Origin: Antechinus flavipes
Lineage: Eukaryota
Direction of reading: 5' to 3'
DNA length: 64,000 bases
Assembly: GCF_016432865.1 (NCBI RefSeq)
Contig: NC_067399.1
Location: forward strand, 578,894,001 to 578,958,000
Shown here: positions 58,186 through 64,000 of the stretch, piece by piece
How positions within the stretch are numbered: position 1 is the stretch's first letter
How the letters are laid out: every line of letters begins with the position of its first letter
The notes under the pieces: model-generated
What the model was told of the DNA's origin: nothing
Databases searched by the model: none
Seen by the model: the letters and a program-made list of their open reading frames with translations, nothing else
Program-made: the position numbers and the translations under genes

Positions 58186-59720
58186 GGTTTGTTTATTGTC
58201 CTTTATTCTCAAGGAGGACCAAAATCATTATGTTGGAGTCAAGGTATAGTGTGTCCAACTGTGGTAGCTTAGACCAGTATGAGCTTGGAAGAGCTCTACC
58301 ACAGGTCTGGCACAAATAGTCTTTGTGAACATTTGGAGTGGAGATATATCTCTAAATTTGCAGGTCTCATTTTTCTTTTGAGGTACTACAATTTTACTTT
58401 GCTCATAGAGCACAGCCTTCTTTGATGAGGGCATGCCATGCTAGGCAGTCTTATACTAGTATCTCCCATGAGATCTTGAGAGTTCCCTTGTATTTTCTTT
58501 GGACCTCCATGAATGTGTATGCTTGTGTGTGAGTTCTCTGTAAAATAATTTTTTAGGAAAATGTACTTTCGGCATTCACATAATATGACCAGCCCATCAG
58601 AATTGCCCTCTCTGCAGTGGAGTTTAGACGCTTTGTAGTTTAGTGCAACAAAGGACCTCAGTGTCCAGTACCGTATCTTGCCAGGTGATCAGAATCTTCC
58701 TAAGACTGAATTAAATGAAGCACTTCTGGCATGGATTTGTTATACTATGCAAACTTCTTCACAGACATTCAACAATGAGGTCAGCACAACAGTTCTGTAA
58801 TTTCAGTTTGGTAGACAGCCTACTAGCTCTTCTCTCACATACCTTCCTTCAGAGCCTCACAAATACTGAACTACCTCTGGCAAAGTGTGCATCAACCTCA
58901 TCTTATGTGTACATCACTGGAAAGTATACTACCAAGGGAGGTGAACTTACCCACAGCATTCAAAATTTCTCCATCTGCTATAACCAGTGGTTCCACATAT
59001 GGATGGTATGGTGTTGGCTAGTAGAGAACCTTTGTTTTCTTGGTGGTAATAGGCCAGAATCAGCACAAGCAGCAGAGAATCAATTCATACTTTGTTGCAT
59101 TTCAGCTTCAGAGGCTTTATTCAGTGCACAAGCATCTGCTGCTGGATGACTTTTAACAAGTCATGCAGCAACTTTCCCTCCACTACAGTCTTGGCTTGTG
59201 GCCTTTCAAGTTAAATAATTTACCATCAGTGTGACAGTTGAGCTTGATGTTTTCATTCTCTTGAAGACATCTGGTAACATTGCTGAAAACAGTATAGGAG
59301 GCAAGCACAAAGTCGTCATTCACTTCTGGAGTCGTCTCTGAGAACAACAAAGGCAATAGCCCAGGATGCAGTGGATGATCTTGGCATGTTTAATGACTGA
59401 CCAAGTTCTATGGGGAACTTCAGTCATCTTTGTGGCCATTGGAACAAGTTGTTCTAATCTACCCATTCCACCAGGGAAGTCTATATACTTGGGATCAACA
59501 ACCCCTGTAACTTTCGGAAGGGTTTGAGACTCCTTGGTTACCCTCAACCTGGTTTAGCCACCTGCTGAAAGTTTATTGCAATGTGACTGCTGAGCATGCT
59601 ACAACTTCTTGCAGTCATAGGTGAGAGCTGAGTGAGTCTAGTGGACACCAAAGATGCATAAACAATCCCCTGAAAAGGGCTTTACAGTTCTCACACCAGA
59701 GGTACCAGCCTGAACACACC
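58186..59720 (-). mobile_element. RTE-clade LINE (marsupial RTE-1-like), degenerate, apparently internally deleted
   Basis: The minus strand carries decayed RT motifs (..CVLAP..LFSAML..; ALN.ASEAEMQQSM; EILNAV.KFT.LGS) and the C-terminal AVLYEQS...C..C...H...H relic (ORF 58228-58434); RTE-type tail near 58190. Confidence 0.85.
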
Positions 59721-60447
59721 CTGCTCCTGTTGCCTTTTATTTTAAAAGATGGATTTTTTAAGTTGTCTTGCCACATACAACCACCAGGTGTCACTGATGC
59801 TCCCAATACCATGATGCCGAGGCCTCATCCTTGTTTCTTACTCTTAGGACAGAAAATGAGGGTGAGCCAAGCCCCTAACCTTAGGACTCTGTATCAGTGC
59901 TTTCCAGCAGCCCCTTCAGCTAGATCCAGGAAGATGGTATCAGGATGGGAAGCCTCATATGATCCCACAAACCTGACCTTTCTTACTGTCCTGCCTTCCC
60001 TTCCCATCATACCAGCTCCCTTTCTCATCCTACCTCAAGTATGGAGTGCAGGGGTGGCACCCAAGCCAGTATCCCTGATTCTTTCATGGGGCTGGGCTTG
60101 ACCACTGGAAGCTTGTGTTTGTATTATATAGCATTTTTATATTCCTACCTGTGTGTTTGCATGTGTCTGCACAGTTTTAATGATTGGTAGTTCTGGCTGA
60201 TGAGTTCAGGATGGAGCCCCAGAGCCATTAGCCTTGCTGTGGTGGAAGTGGGGGGGGAGGAGGAAGGGGGGGGACGAAGAAGGAGGAGAGGGAAGGGGAG
60301 GGTGTGAAGACTATTTTTAAGCAGTCTTCAGAGATTGGTAGAGGTTCCTTTTCTTGTATATGAAGTCTGGCAGAATAGAGCTCCTGGTTTTGCTAGATCT
60401 CTTTGACAGGATGGAGCAGAAATGTTAGTTTTAATAATTTCTAGCCT

Positions 60448-60583
60448 AGGGGCAGCTAAGTGGCCCAGCCCTAATGTCAAGAGGACCTGAATTCAAATTT
60501 GATCTCAGATACTTAACACTTCCTAACTGTGTGACCCTGGGCAAGTCACTTAACCCCAATTGCCTCAGCCAAAAATAATAATC
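60448..60583 (+). mobile_element. WSINE1 with 14-bp TSD
   Basis: TSD ataatttctagcct at 60434-60447 and 60584-60597. Confidence 0.9.
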
Positions 60584-61039
60584 ATAATTTCTAGCCTTGG
60601 GTAGCCAGGCTGAGAGACTAAGGCACTAAGAATCTTCAGTACAGCCAGTCCTCAAATCTGCACATTCTTGGAGTTAGGGAGGAGCCTATGATTAGGCTAG
60701 TGTATATGAACAATATGGATTCTTCAATGGACCTTCCCCAATATGCCATCTTTGGAGCCATCTGTGCTGCCTCACAAGCAAACACCCCCACACAGTACAA
60801 ACCAGAATGTCCAGGGGAAGGAAGCTAGACAGCCTCCCTCCCTCCCTTCCCTCCCCTAAACAAACACACACACCTTAGCATACATCCTGGGCCCATACAA
60901 GAATAGATAGCCTACACATGTTCCTGGAACTTCAGACCTACAATGGGGTCTTTGGGGATTCTCCCATTTAAATAAATATGGGAGAATGGCACAAGCAAGT
61001 CCTACTTTACATGTCTTAGTTTATTCTATCCAACACATT

Positions 61040-61180
61040 ATTGAGCTACTGCAATTTTACTTTGCTCATAGGACACAAGCCTTTGATGAGGGCATGCCAT
61101 GCTGGGCAGTTTGTGCCAGTAGTTCTCATGTCATGGCCATGCTGGGCAGTTTGTGCCAGTAGTTCTCATGTCATGAACTA
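61040..61180 (-). mobile_element. Short RTE fragment similar to 58380-58470
   Basis: caattttactttgctcatag...tttgatgagggcatgccatgct shared by both loci. Confidence 0.75.
61096..61175 (+). repeat. Perfect 2 x 40-bp tandem duplication
   Basis: gccatgctgggcagtttgtgccagtagttctcatgtcatg at 61096-61135 and 61136-61175. Confidence 0.97.
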
Positions 61181-61599
61181 GATTCCAAAACTTTCCAAGG
61201 CCCTTGGAAATGAGAACGAAACCATGACCCAATATACTCACAATTAGCCTTCAAGAAGGGGACAGGTATTGATACTGATTGCTAACGCAGACCTGGGATA
61301 GGTGAGGGTCTCTTTAGTCAGGTATGTATTCTGTAGTCAGGTATTTTAAGAAAGGCAAAAACTTACAAGGCCTCACCTGGAACTAGAGATCTGTCTGGGG
61401 TTGAAGACGGGCTTGAGTGGGGTTCCAGATCTGGGGTGAGGATGGGCCTGAGAGAAGGAGATTGCAGGCTGAATCGGTGAGGCTGTTTATTATGCTGCTT
61501 AGCCACATCACCTCCTCCTTACCAATTCTGATGAAATTCGAGTCCCCTTTCACCACTAAACCATCATCGGGGAAGGGAAAGAGTTCAAAGACGCGCTGG

Positions 61600-64000
61600 G
61601 TGCTTAAAACATGCCAGAGCAGGATCAAACCACAACCGGGGCGCCTGCGGAGGGTCCACAGAGGCCCGGCCGGGGGCTCCAACGCTGGCACAAGTGTAGG
61701 CGGAGAGATGCACGCCCCACTGGGGGCCCTAGATCAGAGGCTCAAACTAAGGTTGGAGGCAGGGGGTGACGGAGTCCCAGATTCCAGGCCTTCCCGTCCC
61801 CACCCCTGACCAGAGGTCCAGCAGCGTTAAGTCGTTTGGGGTCTGAAGGCGCGGGGCCAAGTCGGCCCCACCTAGGTCGCCTCCGGCCCTCGGGTGCGGC
61901 CCCGTCGGCCCCGCCCCGCCCCTCCCCTCCCCTCCCCTCCAGCCTGGGCAGGCGATGGCAACAGGCGGAGCAGCCGGGAGACTTCAGCCGGACGGAGACT
62001 GAGCCAGAACCTCGGGGCAGCCTTCGGTGAGTGGGGGCCCTCTGATAGAGTGAACTCGGCTGGGCTCCAAGAACGCCGTGCCCTGCGGGCTGCAAGAGCG
62101 CACTGGAGGTCCAGGCCGGGCAAGAGAAGTAGCCTAAAGCGCCCCCTTCCTCGGAGCCCCACTGAACTAGCCGGGAGACCCGAGCACGCACAAAGAAAGT
62201 GGCAGGCGCCCCGCAAGCGTACACCGGAAGCCTCGAGAGCTTGCCAGGACTGAGGCGCGCGGGGCGGGGGAGGGGCAAAAGGGGCGGAGCGGGCCTGGGG
62301 GCGGAGTCCGGCCTAGTTTGCTTCAGTTCCTGCTTCCGGACCGGCGAGGCGGTAAACTGGGGTCACGTGCCCCCCCGCGCGGACACGAGGGCGCTGGGTC
62401 CGGGACTGGGGTGTTAGTGAACCCGAAGGTCTGGCTCAACCCTGGAGCTTTTGTGGGGACGACCGCCCTCCTTTCCTCCCCTGCCCCAGTCGGGTCGGCA
62501 GCCGCCAAGACAGAGCAAGGCCAGAGCGAGGAGCTGTCGGAGGATGGGGCAGTGATGGGAAGAAAGCCTGGTCGGTGCCTGAAGAGGCGAAGTTCTCGGA
62601 GTGGGAGGGGTTGGGGGCGTGGCTGGTCCCGACGGGGGCGGTGTCCTCAGGCCTCCCGGGGCGGGACTGTTTTTTCCCTTTCGAGGGAAAAAAGGAAAAC
62701 AAGACTCTTTCCAGGGAGCTAAAAATAGCCCTGAGGTTGGGAAGACTTCGGCTATAGGGGAACGGGCGGGGAGGGTGGCTGTCTGACTGCGTCTCCCCCT
62801 CCACTGACTGGGCGGATGCCTGGAGACTCGTCACATGGTCCGGGGGCCCAGTGCCTTGGAGTAGCCGTGGCCTCTGTGGTACGATCTCTAATTCCCCCTA
62901 GCTTCGGCAGATTTGAAAGTGGGCAATTCCAATTTCACGGCGTGGGGCCGTAGAAGAACACGGGAAGAGGGGCCTGTGAAGGTTCCCAACTCCATCTAGA
63001 GGTCGGGACCCCTTGAAGCGGCCCCACGCCTCCCCTTCCGCGTTGCCGTAACCATTCTGGGCCGTCCCGGCGACTGGCCGCTTGGTGGCGTAGCCGAGGT
63101 CGACTCTGGGGTATAGTGGTAGCCCAGGATCCATTCCTCAACCCCCTACATCCCCAACCCCGGAGAGTCGGAAGGAGTTGGGGGCACGGATGCTCAGGCC
63201 GGCCTGAACGGGCTGGGAAGGGGAGGAGCTGCCAGGCTTTTGTACTGGAATTAGGTTCAACTGACACCCTTTGGACTTGCGGGGTGGTGGGGTGGGTCGT
63301 GTTGACCCTTGAGGGCCCCGCATCTTTGCATGTCCTTTTGCACGCTCCTCTTGGGGGTGGGGGGAAGACGTGACTGCCCACTTCCATACTTGGAGTTCTT
63401 TGGGAGCTGCGTTTGACGTGTGTGGATCCTGCACGAGCAACAGCGCGCGTCCGTGCTCACATGTGCACGTCTGTGTGCTTACCAGAACACGCGTGACGTG
63501 GTTGCGCGCGTGTCGGAGCCCAGTCGCTCGGGGGCGGGGCTACCTCCCCCTTCCTTGGGCTCTGCCCCTCCCATGCTTGGGTCAGGGAGGGGGAGGGGAC
63601 GGAGACGGGGGGGGGGGGAGGGGAGGCGGAGCCCCGGTCGGGCTTTTGGAGTGTCCGAGGATCTGGGCTGGAGCGAGGCTCGGAGGGAGCTGCCGGGGTC
63701 TGAGCATGGAGCAGCGCGGTGGAGGTGAGGGGGGCAGGCACGGGGAGGGATGCCGTGGAGCCCCCAGAGTTCGGTGGTAGCCCTAGGTCCATCGTTAATG
63801 GACTTGTGGTGATCTTAGAGTCGGTGCTACTTGGGGGGTCGGGGGGGACGCCTCCTATTTTGTGTCCCGGGATTGGATTCAGCTTCTCTTGGCGCGGGGA
63901 TGGATCCAGCACCCCTCACCCCCCAGCCTTGTAAGCTTTGGAGGCAGTTTCCCTAACTCTAGACTCTCGGAGTGGGGGCGGGAATAGGGGTGGCGGCCCT
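61600..64000 (+). promoter_or_regulatory. CpG island with candidate non-coding first exons; probably the LZTS2 promoter (by synteny only)
   Basis: Dense CpG and GC boxes; donors CG|gtgagt (62026/62027) and GAG|gtgagg (about 63726); LZTS2 follows TWNK in other mammals, but no LZTS2 coding sequence is in the window. Confidence 0.6.

Noticed and set aside
58228-59149. ORFs 58228-58434 (-) and 58715-59149 (+) as new genes
   Set aside because: Both lie in the decayed RTE; the first is its C-terminal relic and the second is antisense to its RT.
61096-61175. CRISPR-like repeat
   Set aside because: Only two copies, no spacer, eukaryotic TE context.
61383-63934. Numerous ORFs in the terminal CpG island as LZTS2 or novel proteins
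   Set aside because: None resembles the LZTS2 N-terminus (MGSVSSLI...); they are GC-driven spurious frames.

Overview
Eukaryotic genomic DNA, almost certainly marsupial. The WSINE1/MAR1-type CORE-SINEs, marsupial L1 3' ends and RTE LINE point to a dasyurid; the taxon is an inference. The window holds the conserved vertebrate block SLF2 (FAM178A; + strand, last 16 coding exons, 1156-30212, 5' part outside the window), SEMA4G (+, 14 coding exons, 43407-50530, 840 aa), MRPL43 (-, 3 exons, 54371-53613, 154 aa) and TWNK/Twinkle (+, 5 exons, 54943-57900, 677 aa). A terminal CpG island (about 61600-64000) is probably the LZTS2 promoter by synteny. All exons were placed by hand with GT-AG boundaries and consistent phases. 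The left 38.7 kb is AT-rich and repeat-dense; the right part is GC/CpG-rich. There is a 134-nt assembly gap at 31197-31330. I see no convincing new protein-coding gene or wholly new system. The best leads are regulatory or structural: face-to-face poly(A) signals overlapping the MRPL43 stop codon, a spliced 31-codon SEMA4G uORF, 86-bp direct repeats around the SEMA4G start exon, an inverted young L1 pair flanking SLF2 exons 10-11, a solo LTR with a perfect 6-bp TSD, candidate poison exons and an intronic-poly(A) isoform of SLF2, and an antisense RTE tail abutting the TWNK poly(A) site. Comparisons to human are from memory and need checking.
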